IMG/VR virus record: IMGVR_UViG_3300031867_000020
Coordinates: 43,885-107,884 of that record
Reading direction: 5' to 3' (one strand)
Length of the DNA: 64,000 nt
Origin: a virus
Taxonomy: Duplodnaviria; Caudoviricetes
Notes under the pieces: model-generated
Seen by the model: the letters and a program-made list of their open reading frames with translations, nothing else
Database searches by the model: none
What the model was told of the DNA's origin: nothing
Position numbers and translations under genes: made by a program
Shown here: piece by piece, positions 38,511 to 47,444 of the stretch
Numbering within the stretch: position 1 is the stretch's first letter
Layout of the letters: each line of letters begins with the position of its first letter

Positions 38511-38884
38511 ACTTCTTCCTCCGGCGGCTCCGGCAACGGCATATAGTGCGTTACTGTTACACCAGCGGCAGTCGCGAGGCAGTTCTCAGTTTCAATGTAC
38601 CATTCGTGCCGTGATGTAAGCCATTCGGCATTTACCGGGACTTTCCATCTGCGTCCTGTCTTATTGGTGACGCAGGATACAAGGTAATGTCCTGATATTT
38701 TTGGTAGCTTGTCCTTGACACTAATCCAGCCGCAGACGGTCGGGGCATCATCCAGCATCGAGCAAATGTCCATCAACGTGTAGCCATAGACGTATCGGCA
38801 ATCTCGTGAATTTCTCTCGCAATCTTCACAACGGTCAGCCATACGATGCTCTTTTTTGAGTGCGTCAACGTCAATCAGTCTCAT
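38507..38884 (-). CDS. DUF551 family protein
   Basis: MRLID.DAL...APTV..WISVKDKLP...VTHYMPLPEPP. Confidence 0.8.
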   Translation of the reverse strand: MRLIDVDALKKEHRMADRCEDCERNSRDCRYVYGYTLMDICSMLDDAPTVCGWISVKDKLPKISGHYLVSCVTNKTGRRWKVPVNAEWLTSRHEWYIETENCLATAAGVTVTHYMPLPEPPEEEV

Positions 38885-39123
38885 ACACGTTTTCCTCGCA
38901 AGTGTCTCTTTACCGACTGAATAAATTCATCTGCTTCGCTCTCAGACTTAAAATAGTGACCGTTCCCGCGATATTGAACAGACCAAGGGTATTCGTCGCC
39001 CTCGGCATAGAACAACACAACAGGATCACTACCAACAAATCCGGCACGTACTGGTTTAAAGCGCGGATCGTTTTTGTAATGAAGTTTCCAATTTTGAAAA
39101 GCAACAGTAGATTCTGCTTCCAT
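38881..39123 (-). CDS. Hypothetical protein
   Basis: ORF with SD, coupled to the next gene. Confidence 0.55.
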   Translation of the reverse strand: MEAESTVAFQNWKLHYKNDPRFKPVRAGFVGSDPVVLFYAEGDEYPWSVQYRGNGHYFKSESEADEFIQSVKRHLRGKRV

Positions 39124-39241
39124 TTTTTCTTTTCTCCCTTCTTACAGATAGCTCTTTTAAAGCAATTCAACAAATTTCTGATACCTGTATAGGACTTCAA
39201 GCCTTTGCTTTATTGCTTTTTAATTATTAAAATACAAGAAT

Positions 39242-39433
39242 TCAAGCATCCTCGCTCACCTTTGGCGATTCGTAAGCTACAGGGTGCACCATACTTGCCC
39301 AAAGAGAAACTCCGCAAACAGGACAAGTAATATAACAATATGAGACTTCACATGCTTTGTACCTAATAACAGATTTACATTCTTCACAAGTGACTTCATA
39401 TATTGGAACACCATTTGCTTTAACAATTTTCAT
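39242..39433 (-). CDS. Small zinc-ribbon protein
   Basis: CEEC...CPVC; likely start MKIVKANG at 39433. Confidence 0.6.
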   Translation of the reverse strand: MKIVKANGVPIYEVTCEECKSVIRYKACEVSYCYITCPVCGVSLWASMVHPVAYESPKVSEDA

Positions 39434-39800
39434 CTCTAATCGCCTCCTTCGGTGCTTGAGGGAGTGACATCCAGTGGGTGACAGGAGTACCGACGCCTTG
39501 CCATCTATCCTCATCAAATTCATATGAAAGCATAAGTACGGCTCCGCTCTCAAGTGCGACCAGATACCACTGTCGCCTGACAGGAAGGCCACAAACATCA
39601 GGTGGCCGTACAGGTAATCTGTCCTCGACGCTGATCCAGCCGGACGGTTCCTGCTCTCTCAGCAGCTCCAACGCATCACTCATCAGATCGGCTTTGCACT
39701 CTACCCTGTAGACGAGATTCTTGTACTCATACGGGCATCCATCTTCGCAACCATTGGCGCAGATTTTAAGCCATTGCATTACCTTCTCCTTGTCGATCAT
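39420..39800 (-). CDS. DUF551 family protein
   Basis: WISVEDRLP...VTHWMSLPQAP. Confidence 0.8.
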   Translation of the reverse strand: MIDKEKVMQWLKICANGCEDGCPYEYKNLVYRVECKADLMSDALELLREQEPSGWISVEDRLPVRPPDVCGLPVRRQWYLVALESGAVLMLSYEFDEDRWQGVGTPVTHWMSLPQAPKEAIRDENC

Positions 39801-40104
39801 TCCAATCCACCTTCCTGCCGCAGTTTCTGCAATACTGATCGTCTCTTCTGATGTCTATGCCGCACCAGCCGCAATAATATAAGTAGGTATTCTCCTTAGC
39901 GCTAATGAACTCAGACGCGGGGCTGGTATACTTCAGAACCTTGGGAATCATTGTTTTTTCGCGCTGTCCGGATAAAAGATCAATTTCCTTGCGCTGTGAC
40001 TCGATCAGGCTGATGGCATCATAGAAAACAGATTTTACAAGGGAGTCTTCTGTGGTATTGGCATAATACAGAAGACGTTTGATTGTTTTTTCGTAATCAG
40101 TCAT
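39766..40104 (-). CDS. Zinc-ribbon hypothetical protein
   Basis: CGWCG...YCRNCGRKVDW; likely start 40104. Confidence 0.6.
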   Translation of the reverse strand: MTDYEKTIKRLLYYANTTEDSLVKSVFYDAISLIESQRKEIDLLSGQREKTMIPKVLKYTSPASEFISAKENTYLYYCGWCGIDIRRDDQYCRNCGRKVDWNDRQGEGNAMA

Positions 40105-40282
40105 TTGATGTCTCTCCTTCAATAAGCTTTTTGGCATCAAGTAAAAGTTGTGTAAGACATTCGCCCCTGGATGTTTGCCGATATGGACAATTGTCACACA
40201 TACCGATTACGCTGCTTTTAAATCGAGAGCAAGCATCAATGCCCTGAAGCGCTTTTTCACGAAGATCTGTCTGGTTTACCAT
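40097..40282 (-). CDS. Small Cys-containing hypothetical protein
   Basis: C...CDNCPY...C...L..DA motif shared with the N-terminus of 39420-39800. Confidence 0.55.
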   Translation of the reverse strand: MVNQTDLREKALQGIDACSRFKSSVIGMCDNCPYRQTSRGECLTQLLLDAKKLIEGETSND

Positions 40283-40577
40283 TCAATTTCCACCTCAACA
40301 TTTGCCCGCAATAAGGACAATAGGTAATAGTCCCATGGATAAGTCTTGTTCCTACCAGCTTTCCGCAAGTAGGACAAGTGCCAAAAAAGTTGTCATATAC
40401 TCTTTCAGACGGATGCTCGTCTTCAACGTCCTTTTGTTTGTGCCGCTTTAATAATTCCAGCATATTCTTTGCGTCCTGATACAACATCGGAACAATATCG
40501 CATCCTTCGCAAGCTTCAACAGAGGCTTCGATGTTATCGTACAGATCTTCAAAATGATTCACAGCTTCTCCTCCCAA
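40257..40577 (-). CDS. Zinc-ribbon hypothetical protein
   Basis: CPTCG...YCPYCGQMLRW. Confidence 0.6.
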   Translation of the reverse strand: MGGEAVNHFEDLYDNIEASVEACEGCDIVPMLYQDAKNMLELLKRHKQKDVEDEHPSERVYDNFFGTCPTCGKLVGTRLIHGTITYCPYCGQMLRWKLNGKPDRSS

Positions 40578-40762
40578 TCAACAAGTCTGCCACACAACGG
40601 ACAAAACTTTTCCTGCAGCTTCTTATTCATAAGGGCGCAATACAAATTAGGAACCTTCTCAATATATACAATTCCTTCTTTACAGCTGCCACAAACAACA
40701 GATCCGTCACGAAGAACACGAGGTTTCACAGGTTTGTCTTCCATGTCATACATTTTTTTCAT
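40559..40762 (-). CDS. Zinc-ribbon hypothetical protein
   Basis: CGSC...FCPLCGRLVDW. Confidence 0.6.
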   Translation of the reverse strand: MKKMYDMEDKPVKPRVLRDGSVVCGSCKEGIVYIEKVPNLYCALMNKKLQEKFCPLCGRLVDWEEKL

Positions 40763-41045
40763 CCTCCCTTATATTATATTTCTTACGTCTTCCTTTAAAT
40801 AACGGAGCGAGCTCTTCGCATTTTCTTTGAAGAGCCGCCCCGTCGTAAGATGTCAGAACTGTATACCATTTGCTTTTAAAGAATCTTTGACATTCGGGAA
40901 TGATTTCTGCCGGTGTGTAAAGACGACTGTTTCCATTCACTCTGTAACTGTATCCATTTAGAGCATTAATATAATCTGTCGCGGCAACATCCACTATGGC
41001 ATTGGCAAGTTCTTCGTAACAATAGTCTGTTGCATCATGGTACAT
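40746..41045 (-). CDS. Hypothetical phage protein
   Basis: YEELANAIV..A..DY..AL...C.RFF.S.WY..LT motif; start uncertain. Confidence 0.6.
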   Translation of the reverse strand: MYHDATDYCYEELANAIVDVAATDYINALNGYSYRVNGNSRLYTPAEIIPECQRFFKSKWYTVLTSYDGAALQRKCEELAPLFKGRRKKYNIREDEKNV

Positions 41046-41343
41046 TAACATCATGCCAGTGCTCATATATTCTTGGAGAACCATCGTCGTTTACCATTAC
41101 AATCCATGTTCCGCTCTTCTTTGATACAGCATACATCACGCCATTGTGGTTATCCATCATAATGTAGTATGTATTGTTGTTGCCGTTATAGATCTCAGTA
41201 AATGGTTTTTGGTCGTTGGCGTAAGCCGTGCTGGTGATATAGAAACCATTTATCTTCATTAGTTCGATGGTACCGATCACCGTTACTACAACCAGCACAA
41301 TACACAGAACCGTGATAAATAAGACCCTAAACCTTTGTCTCAT
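41035..41343 (-). CDS. Membrane-anchored hypothetical protein
   Basis: N-terminal TM followed by D...GVMY...MVN.DG.P.IY. Confidence 0.6.
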   Translation of the reverse strand: MRQRFRVLFITVLCIVLVVVTVIGTIELMKINGFYITSTAYANDQKPFTEIYNGNNNTYYIMMDNHNGVMYAVSKKSGTWIVMVNDDGSPRIYEHWHDVNVP

Positions 41344-41344
41344 T

Positions 41345-41701
41345 TTATATCCTTTCCAAATAAAACTGGTGATCCATGAACTGATTATATCTATCGATTA
41401 CTTTTTCGAGGATAGGAAAGTCATGAATCTCCTGTCCATAATTTTCACCATAAAACGGCATATATGGTTGTGCGTAATCGTCGTCAAGCACAAGAACAGA
41501 ATCAAAGTCATTCCATTCTGACAGGTCTTCATTTACAAAAGCAATGTTGATAGAAAAATTCAATTTGTCAGGAAGATCTTTTGCAACAAAAGACTTTCCA
41601 AGAAACCAATTGGCATCTTTACGAATCCATTTTCCGCCTTTTAAGACATGGTTTGGCATATGAAAACCAGGTCTTATCCGGTAATGGTTGATCTGAGCCA
41701 T
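41345..41701 (-). CDS. Hypothetical protein
   Basis: ORF with SD AAGGAG in the coupled chain. Confidence 0.6.
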   Translation of the reverse strand: MAQINHYRIRPGFHMPNHVLKGGKWIRKDANWFLGKSFVAKDLPDKLNFSINIAFVNEDLSEWNDFDSVLVLDDDYAQPYMPFYGENYGQEIHDFPILEKVIDRYNQFMDHQFYLERI

Positions 41702-41742
41702 CGCAGTTTTCTCCTTTATTCAGTGACATTTTCCATTCTCTT

Positions 41743-42171
41743 TTACCATAGATCGTAGGTCGATCCGAAATGATACCCACGACGGAAAGTAGGAGTTTCA
41801 AGTTCCTCAAGGTCTTCTTCCTTCTGAACCTGCTTCAGCTGATCTCTCCAGTAGTTACGCTCTTTCCGGTTGCACTCTCTTTGCCACCAGTCTTTGTAGC
41901 TGCCCTTACCACCAGATTCGTTCCACCAATGTTCAAAGTTCTGGTGTTTCCAGTAAGCCTCGATGTCACGAAGATCCTGCTCCAATCTGCGAAGAAGATA
42001 TTTATACATGAAGTCATCGGCGCAATCGAGCGCATTCAGCAGACTGCAGCGCCTGTGAGTAACATAATCCTCCCAGCTCGACGACCAATAAGCGCGTGCA
42101 CGATCTTTCATTTTGCGCTTATGCTTCATTTTTGCTTTATGCCGATTGATTTGTTCGCCGTTCTCATACAT
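41743..42171 (-). CDS. Basic, Trp-rich hypothetical protein
   Basis: ORF with SD GAGGTG. Confidence 0.6.
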   Translation of the reverse strand: MYENGEQINRHKAKMKHKRKMKDRARAYWSSSWEDYVTHRRCSLLNALDCADDFMYKYLLRRLEQDLRDIEAYWKHQNFEHWWNESGGKGSYKDWWQRECNRKERNYWRDQLKQVQKEEDLEELETPTFRRGYHFGSTYDLW

Positions 42172-42204
42172 AGAAACACCTCTTTACAGAATAATTTGCA
42201 AGAG

Positions 42205-42453
42205 TCAGTCTTCGTCGTCTCTTTTTAAGGCGATTTTCCAGAAGCAGTTGTCGACAGTTTCAATAGACTTTACGATAAGCTCTTCCTGCTTCATGCACCA
42301 CTCAGCAACATCCTGATTCTTTGTCAGGAATTTACGTCCATGCAGCAGCTCTTCCATGCCATAGCGGATAATGTTGTAGTCCCTGACAGACATTGTCCAT
42401 GTGTCGATAGCTCTGGTAATGATCTCAGCCACCTGATCAAGTCTTGTTCCCAT
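42205..42453 (-). CDS. Hypothetical protein
   Basis: Likely start MGTRLDQ at 42453, after GGAGG. Confidence 0.5.
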   Translation of the reverse strand: MGTRLDQVAEIITRAIDTWTMSVRDYNIIRYGMEELLHGRKFLTKNQDVAEWCMKQEELIVKSIETVDNCFWKIALKRDDED

Positions 42454-42850
42454 GCCAGACCTCCATTTCATCAGACGGTTCCATTGTGTCGCCCATGTAG
42501 AAGCGAATCGCCTTATCCGATCCCACCCAATCCGCAAAACAGTTATACGCCCATCGTTCGTTAGGATGCCCCATTGGGTAGGCGATAATGCACGGCACTT
42601 TTCGGGCTTTCATCTCGTCTTTACAAAATCTGGAATTGCCACTATATTCGCCGTCTTTTGGTTCCAGAACTGCGTAATTGAACGGGAAAGCAATGTCACA
42701 ACAGCCGGAAACATATTCGTCATATACTTTTCCAGCGTTGTGTTCATATGGCGCGTCGTCCCAATCGTCGCCATGCCAGTCTTCCAGGCTGTCGGAACCA
42801 AGATAGAAACGCACAGTATTTCCTACATGATAGAAATCAATGATTTTCAT
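42437..42850 (-). CDS. Conserved phage hypothetical protein
   Basis: MKIIDF...GN.VRFYLG...GDDWDDAPYEHNAG motif. Confidence 0.65.
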   Translation of the reverse strand: MKIIDFYHVGNTVRFYLGSDSLEDWHGDDWDDAPYEHNAGKVYDEYVSGCCDIAFPFNYAVLEPKDGEYSGNSRFCKDEMKARKVPCIIAYPMGHPNERWAYNCFADWVGSDKAIRFYMGDTMEPSDEMEVWHGNKT

Positions 42851-42881
42851 TCATTATCTCTCCTGCAATTTTTACAAAAAA

Positions 42882-43952
42882 TCAACAATACTTCAGAAGG
42901 AATTCAGGGTCAACGGCCTTAAAAGACTTCTTTCCATCCCTGCTGCGAACAACAAGTCCTTCGCGCAACCCTCTCGGCCGAATTTCTCCATCCGGCGGAA
43001 TCATGGTTTGCCCATGAGCCATGGCTAACATTTCTTCAACTGTGTCAGGAAGTCTTTGATCAATTGAAATGATCGGAACAAACTCAACTTCAAACACAGA
43101 AAGTATGCCTTTTGCCTTAATGCTGCCAAATCGACCTTCAGGTGTGATTAAATTGAAAGCATAGAAACGCGGAGAAGTAATTTTATATTTATTACCCTGA
43201 ACCTTCGGAGCAATACACTCACCCTGAATAGCAATCCAGTCATATCTGCCGATCATATTTCGCAGCTTGGCTGCAAGGTTGTATTTCTCTGCGACCTGCC
43301 AATAAACCGAACCATCGTTAACAGGCAGACGACGGTTCCGGGAGCAGACAATGAATTCATATCTGGACCAGAAAAGAAATTTATGACGAACGAGAGCAAA
43401 GGACCCAGAGCAGCCGTCCACTTTTTCCGTGAGGATATAAGGCTCCTTATCCTCCAGCATCCATGGAGCATTTTGGATTCGAATTTCATCGGTCTTGCTA
43501 AGAAAAGAAGGAAAGGCAGAGTTTCCTGCTTTCTTCTTCCAATTGCGATACCATTTGAAACGCATGAGCCAGCTTTTCTTCTTCGGCTCATCTACTTTCA
43601 CCGGATCGTCCATTTCCGGCTCATACTGTGTTACGCCGATGACATCTGTCACATCATCGCCTTCTTCATATTCACTCCCGGGAAGAATAGAAAGCGGGAA
43701 ACAGATACCTTGGCTGATCACACCAGCCATTTTCATGGTTCTGATGCGAAACTTTTTCGACCGAAGGAATTCAAACTCTTCCTTTTCCGGCAGGACTGAA
43801 TCGATCTCAATATACACACAGAGATCGCCAATTTTAAACTCGTCCTTTTTCACAATGACTCGCCATCCAAGGACAGAGGCGAGCTCAATTCTGTCACGAC
43901 CTTCAATTGGTTGAAGATCTGCTATCTTCTGAATGGTGGCCAATGTTCTCAT
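42882..43952 (-). CDS. RNA ligase (DRB0094-like family, N-terminal OB/tRNA-binding-like domain)
   Basis: MRTLATIQKI...DRIE..; KTDE.RIQN; TEKVDG (motif I); IQGECI; REGLVVR; SFKA. Confidence 0.88.
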   Translation of the reverse strand: MRTLATIQKIADLQPIEGRDRIELASVLGWRVIVKKDEFKIGDLCVYIEIDSVLPEKEEFEFLRSKKFRIRTMKMAGVISQGICFPLSILPGSEYEEGDDVTDVIGVTQYEPEMDDPVKVDEPKKKSWLMRFKWYRNWKKKAGNSAFPSFLSKTDEIRIQNAPWMLEDKEPYILTEKVDGCSGSFALVRHKFLFWSRYEFIVCSRNRRLPVNDGSVYWQVAEKYNLAAKLRNMIGRYDWIAIQGECIAPKVQGNKYKITSPRFYAFNLITPEGRFGSIKAKGILSVFEVEFVPIISIDQRLPDTVEEMLAMAHGQTMIPPDGEIRPRGLREGLVVRSRDGKKSFKAVDPEFLLKYC

Positions 43953-43983
43953 ATGTTTATACTCCTCCCGTAGATACACTATC

Positions 43984-44259
43984 TTAGTTCCATTTCAAAG
44001 CTTGCCCGCATACATAACAATAAAACACAGGATAAACACCTGTGTAGGGATATCTCGTTACAATCTTATTGCACGACGGGCATTTTCCTTGTTCATAACC
44101 ATTGAAAGTATGTAGATTAACAACCCGAGCCGGGAGATACCGCATCACGGCATCTGCCGTGGCCTTAAGCACTTCCTTCATGTCTTTGTTCTCTTCACTG
44201 TCCGCTTCCTCACGAAAGATCAGTTCAATTTCCTTCATTTCCTGTTCGAAGCTTTTCAT
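43984..44259 (-). CDS. Zinc-ribbon hypothetical protein
   Basis: CPSC...YCYVCGQALKW. Confidence 0.6.
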   Translation of the reverse strand: MKSFEQEMKEIELIFREEADSEENKDMKEVLKATADAVMRYLPARVVNLHTFNGYEQGKCPSCNKIVTRYPYTGVYPVFYCYVCGQALKWN

Positions 44260-44485
44260 TCTGCTCCTCCTCAAACGTTTTTAGCAGTTTTTCAATCTTA
44301 TAGTCAGCGTCACGCTCACACAGGAGAGAGTCGCATTCGTCACAATAAATGCCGGCATAAACAAGTTCCCTTGTTGTGCCGTCTATCATGTCAATGGATG
44401 TAATGATGTCCTTACAATGCGTATGACATATTTTTTTACAGGAAGGACAGAACCGGCGAGGTGTGTAATAGTCAGGTTCAACCAT
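44225..44485 (-). CDS. Zinc-finger protein (YgiT-type-like)
   Basis: FCPSC...YCDEC. Confidence 0.55.
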   Translation of the reverse strand: MVEPDYYTPRRFCPSCKKICHTHCKDIITSIDMIDGTTRELVYAGIYCDECDSLLCERDADYKIEKLLKTFEEEQNEKLRTGNEGN

Positions 44486-44700
44486 TATTCTTCACCCAGT
44501 TCTTCCAGTTTTTTGTCAGCGTCCTCCCTGCAGAGCACATCTCCGCATACATCACACACATCCACCTCATATTCCAGCGAGTATTTCTCACCGGTTTTTA
44601 AAATAATCTCTGTTTTTTCTTCAAGTTTGTGGGTAGGCTGCATTTTTCCACAGCGATCACAGTATTTCATGCATGGGCCTCCTCGTACTTTTGTTTCCAT
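44485..44700 (-). CDS. Zinc-finger protein (YgiT-type-like)
   Basis: YCDRC...VCDVCG; paralogue of its neighbour. Confidence 0.55.
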   Translation of the reverse strand: METKVRGGPCMKYCDRCGKMQPTHKLEEKTEIILKTGEKYSLEYEVDVCDVCGDVLCREDADKKLEELGEE

Positions 44701-45209
44701 TGTTCGATCAGCTTGTTACGTTCTTCTTCATTCAGCGTGGGAATACCAAGATCTTCCGCATCCTGAATCAAGCTGTCGATCAGCGATCCCATCTGAGACG
44801 AATTGTAAACAGAAGACCCATACCATAAGATCACATTGGTACAGTTCTCAATTTTGCTTGGCATGGTTTCATATTGCCATCCGATACCATGATCCTGCCA
44901 GCCGTAGCAAAGGGAATTCACAGCTTCGTCTTTTACGCAGATGATAGTCGAAACGCCACCAATATCCCTGATGGCGTTCCGATAAACCTCTGTCTTTTTG
45001 ATTTTTAGTTTTTCTGCTATCTTATCAATCAACACCCAGGCGTATGCGTTAGCGTCGAGGCTTCTTTTCTTTGTATGCTTTTTGATTTCAATATCAACAT
45101 CTTTTTCTTTCAATTCGTCGAAGGCGTCCCGGAAATCAGAAGTTACAGTTACCGTGATGTTTTGAGTACCGTCACGGTTTATCGTAAGATCTTTTAATTT
45201 GCCAGTCAT
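44667..45209 (-). CDS. NinB-like recombination protein
   Basis: KKRSLDANAYAWVLIDKIAEKL...YGSSVYN..QM..LID..IQDA..LGIPTL. Confidence 0.75.
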   Translation of the reverse strand: MTGKLKDLTINRDGTQNITVTVTSDFRDAFDELKEKDVDIEIKKHTKKRSLDANAYAWVLIDKIAEKLKIKKTEVYRNAIRDIGGVSTIICVKDEAVNSLCYGWQDHGIGWQYETMPSKIENCTNVILWYGSSVYNSSQMGSLIDSLIQDAEDLGIPTLNEEERNKLIEQWKQKYEEAHA

Positions 45210-45421
45210 TTGAGCACCAGAGAAGCGTTCTTATTAGAATCGCTTTCATGCAGAAGAAAATCTGTGATCTCCGGGCACTTATTTCCAGGACACTTGGCAT
45301 AACCTCCGGCTGCGTGAATAACAGTTTTGTCAAAGTTTTCTTCGTAGTGGTATTCCCAGATCTTGTCGGCACAAATGAATCGGACAAGGTTGTTTTCGTC
45401 AGTCATCTTGATCAGTCTCAT
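45206..45421 (-). CDS. Hypothetical protein
   Basis: SD GGAGG; coupled to its neighbour. Confidence 0.55.
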   Translation of the reverse strand: MRLIKMTDENNLVRFICADKIWEYHYEENFDKTVIHAAGGYAKCPGNKCPEITDFLLHESDSNKNASLVLK

Positions 45422-45740
45422 AATTATCCTCCGTATCTGTTTCGTTCTGAATAAACTGCTGGCGTTTTAGACGCAAATTTCGCAGTCTCTCCGTTCGGAC
45501 GGCTCGTTCTTCATCCGAAAGATAAGACCGTTTTTTGGGTGAAATTTTAAACCAATTTACAGGCAACTTGGCATAGATCGTATCGTCGTTGTTTTCAGGG
45601 TAAGCAAGGATCTGCACTTCGTCAGGATGTTCATCCTTCCATTTCAGAATCCTGTTGCACCATTTGACTTCATTGGAGCTGAAAAACATTGCGTCTTTAC
45701 TCGTGTATGAAGCGTAGGTTTCGATGTGTTGTCTTCCCAT
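45399..45740 (-). CDS. Conserved phage hypothetical protein
   Basis: FFSSNE.KW..RI...HPDEV.I...PE.N...IYAKLP..W.KISP; likely start 45740. Confidence 0.65.
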   Translation of the reverse strand: MGRQHIETYASYTSKDAMFFSSNEVKWCNRILKWKDEHPDEVQILAYPENNDDTIYAKLPVNWFKISPKKRSYLSDEERAVRTERLRNLRLKRQQFIQNETDTEDNYETDQDD

Positions 45741-45757
45741 TCTGTCTCCTTTAAACG

Positions 45758-45790
45758 GGAGCGGGGAAGCTTTTGCGCTTCCCCGTCCCT
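45758..45790 (-). terminator. Intergenic GC-rich hairpin
   Basis: GGGACGGGGAAGC GCAAAA GCTTCCCCGCTCCC on the minus strand. Confidence 0.55.
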
Positions 45791-45793
45791 TTA

Positions 45794-46393
45794 TCACTCA
45801 AACAACATCCAGCTTTCCGGTAGCGTATGAACCCAATCGATGAACTGGTGCCACTCATTGAGCTTATGGTTTTCGCGCTGATGAATAATATTCCTGAGCG
45901 CGGCGTAAGACATCATCACTGTCCGTCTCTGAATATAAGACTGCGGCAGGAACTGGATGATTTTTCTCCACACCTTCTTCTTAGCGTCAGGCTCTGTTTC
46001 AAGTGTGTATTGCGTGATCCATCCGTTAAGAATGTCCACGACAGGCTCAATCTCTTCCGGTTCAAGGCCATTTTCTGTCTCAAAATCCTCGAAGGTCAAA
46101 GCTCTGGATGTGAGCTTGTGCATAGTGGAACAAGAAAGCTTTTCCACACCGGCTCTGTAGGTGTCAAATTCATTCCACCAGAACCTCGGAGCCCATATTT
46201 CTGCCCACACCATGATCATTCGGAGATGCTTGGCATGTTCCGATCCGGCGTTGGCGAGTTTTACGGAAAGTTCCTTGTCCTTCTGACCGATCTTTCCAAC
46301 GATGGTATCGCTTCTGTCCCATGAATCCATCGGATTTCGCATGGCATGAAGAGCTGGCCCTATGCCATCCACTTCAAGTGTCTTTATTCGCAT
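45794..46393 (-). CDS. ThyX-like (flavin-dependent thymidylate synthase fold) protein, divergent
   Basis: H.K.LR...APRFWWNEFDTY...SCSTMH...LPQSY...R....SY..LRNI..QR..HKL.EW; the canonical RHRxxS motif is absent. Confidence 0.6.
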   Translation of the reverse strand: MRIKTLEVDGIGPALHAMRNPMDSWDRSDTIVGKIGQKDKELSVKLANAGSEHAKHLRMIMVWAEIWAPRFWWNEFDTYRAGVEKLSCSTMHKLTSRALTFEDFETENGLEPEEIEPVVDILNGWITQYTLETEPDAKKKVWRKIIQFLPQSYIQRRTVMMSYAALRNIIHQRENHKLNEWHQFIDWVHTLPESWMLFE

Positions 46394-46658
46394 GTTCTTC
46401 CTCCATTGCTCTGATGGCAAGCATCATCAGATTGATTGTCGGCTTCCATTCCGAGGCAGCAATTTCCCAACATTTGATCTCCTGTCGCAGCAACTTATTG
46501 CTTTTAATGATATCAAGCGTTTTGTTGATAAGATCTTCATAACTTGCGTTGCATTTATCAAGAAGATCGAGAAGGGCACCCATCGTATCGATGATTTTAT
46601 GATACAAAATATAGTCAGCTTTGCTTAGCTGATCATCCAAAAGGCGAGAAGATATCAT
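46374..46658 (-). CDS. Hypothetical protein (start uncertain)
   Basis: Helical ORF between dUTPase and the ThyX-like gene. Confidence 0.45.
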   Translation of the reverse strand: MISSRLLDDQLSKADYILYHKIIDTMGALLDLLDKCNASYEDLINKTLDIIKSNKLLRQEIKCWEIAASEWKPTINLMMLAIRAMEEEHANKDT

Positions 46659-46759
46659 CGAAAGTATGTCTGAGGAATCTTTTATACACTCGTTGCCTGT
46701 TTGAGACCCCGTGGAGCCCATGTGTTTGCACCCTCTTTCCGTGGTCGTTGAGACCACTG

Positions 46760-47266
46760 TTATAGTGATCCGGTAGAACCAAATCCGCCGATCCTATGCT
46801 GATCTGTCTGGTCATCGTCTGTCAAACAGAACGGAATAATGACGCCCTGCATGAAACGATCTCCTTTTTCCATATGGAAAGAAAAATCGGAGGATATGCT
46901 TGCGAGAATATGTCCATAGTTGTTGGCGTTGTAATAATCTTCGTCAACAATTCCTATGGTATTGCGCAGCTTCATGCCGTACTTTGCGCCAAGACCAGAC
47001 CTCGGAGCAAGCATTAGGAACATACCGGAATCCAGATGCACTCTGATACCTGTGGGAACAGTAACGCGTGTTTTGCTGTCCATGCAAAAAGGAAGGGGAA
47101 GGAAAAAGTCATAACCGGCTGAACCTTCTGTCGCACGCTTCGGAAGAATGATGTCATCATAATGCAACGAAAGCAGTTCTTTTGATGAATCGCCTTCTCC
47201 CACCCAGCCTAATTTTACACAGTCTGTATAGAATTGCTCAAAAGGAACTTTCTCAAACTGAATCAC
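46760..47266 (-). CDS. dut: Trimeric dUTPase
   Basis: AGYDF, PRSG, GIVDEDY, DRFMQG and R.GGFGSTG (motifs I-V); GTG start at 47266 with SD GGAGGT. Confidence 0.93.
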   Translation of the reverse strand: MIQFEKVPFEQFYTDCVKLGWVGEGDSSKELLSLHYDDIILPKRATEGSAGYDFFLPLPFCMDSKTRVTVPTGIRVHLDSGMFLMLAPRSGLGAKYGMKLRNTIGIVDEDYYNANNYGHILASISSDFSFHMEKGDRFMQGVIIPFCLTDDDQTDQHRIGGFGSTGSL

Positions 47267-47444
47267 TGTTGTCACCTCCAACATAAAGTCCACAAATACA
47301 GTGTCCAGTTTCCCTGAACTCTCTGCATGGGCAAATGGTATCGTTGGTCTTTTCAAATCTGCAGGGACAGTAACCATCGTTTTGTCGGATCCGTTCCTCA
47401 ATTTTCTTTCGGATCGCATCGTTCGGATTGAGTCTTATTTTCAT
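47253..47444 (-). CDS. Ferredoxin:thioredoxin reductase catalytic-subunit-like Fe-S protein
   Basis: YCPCR...ICPCR...CICGLY matches the CPC/CPC/CHC signature of FTR-c. Confidence 0.8.
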   Translation of the reverse strand: MKIRLNPNDAIRKKIEERIRQNDGYCPCRFEKTNDTICPCREFRETGHCICGLYVGGDNSDSV

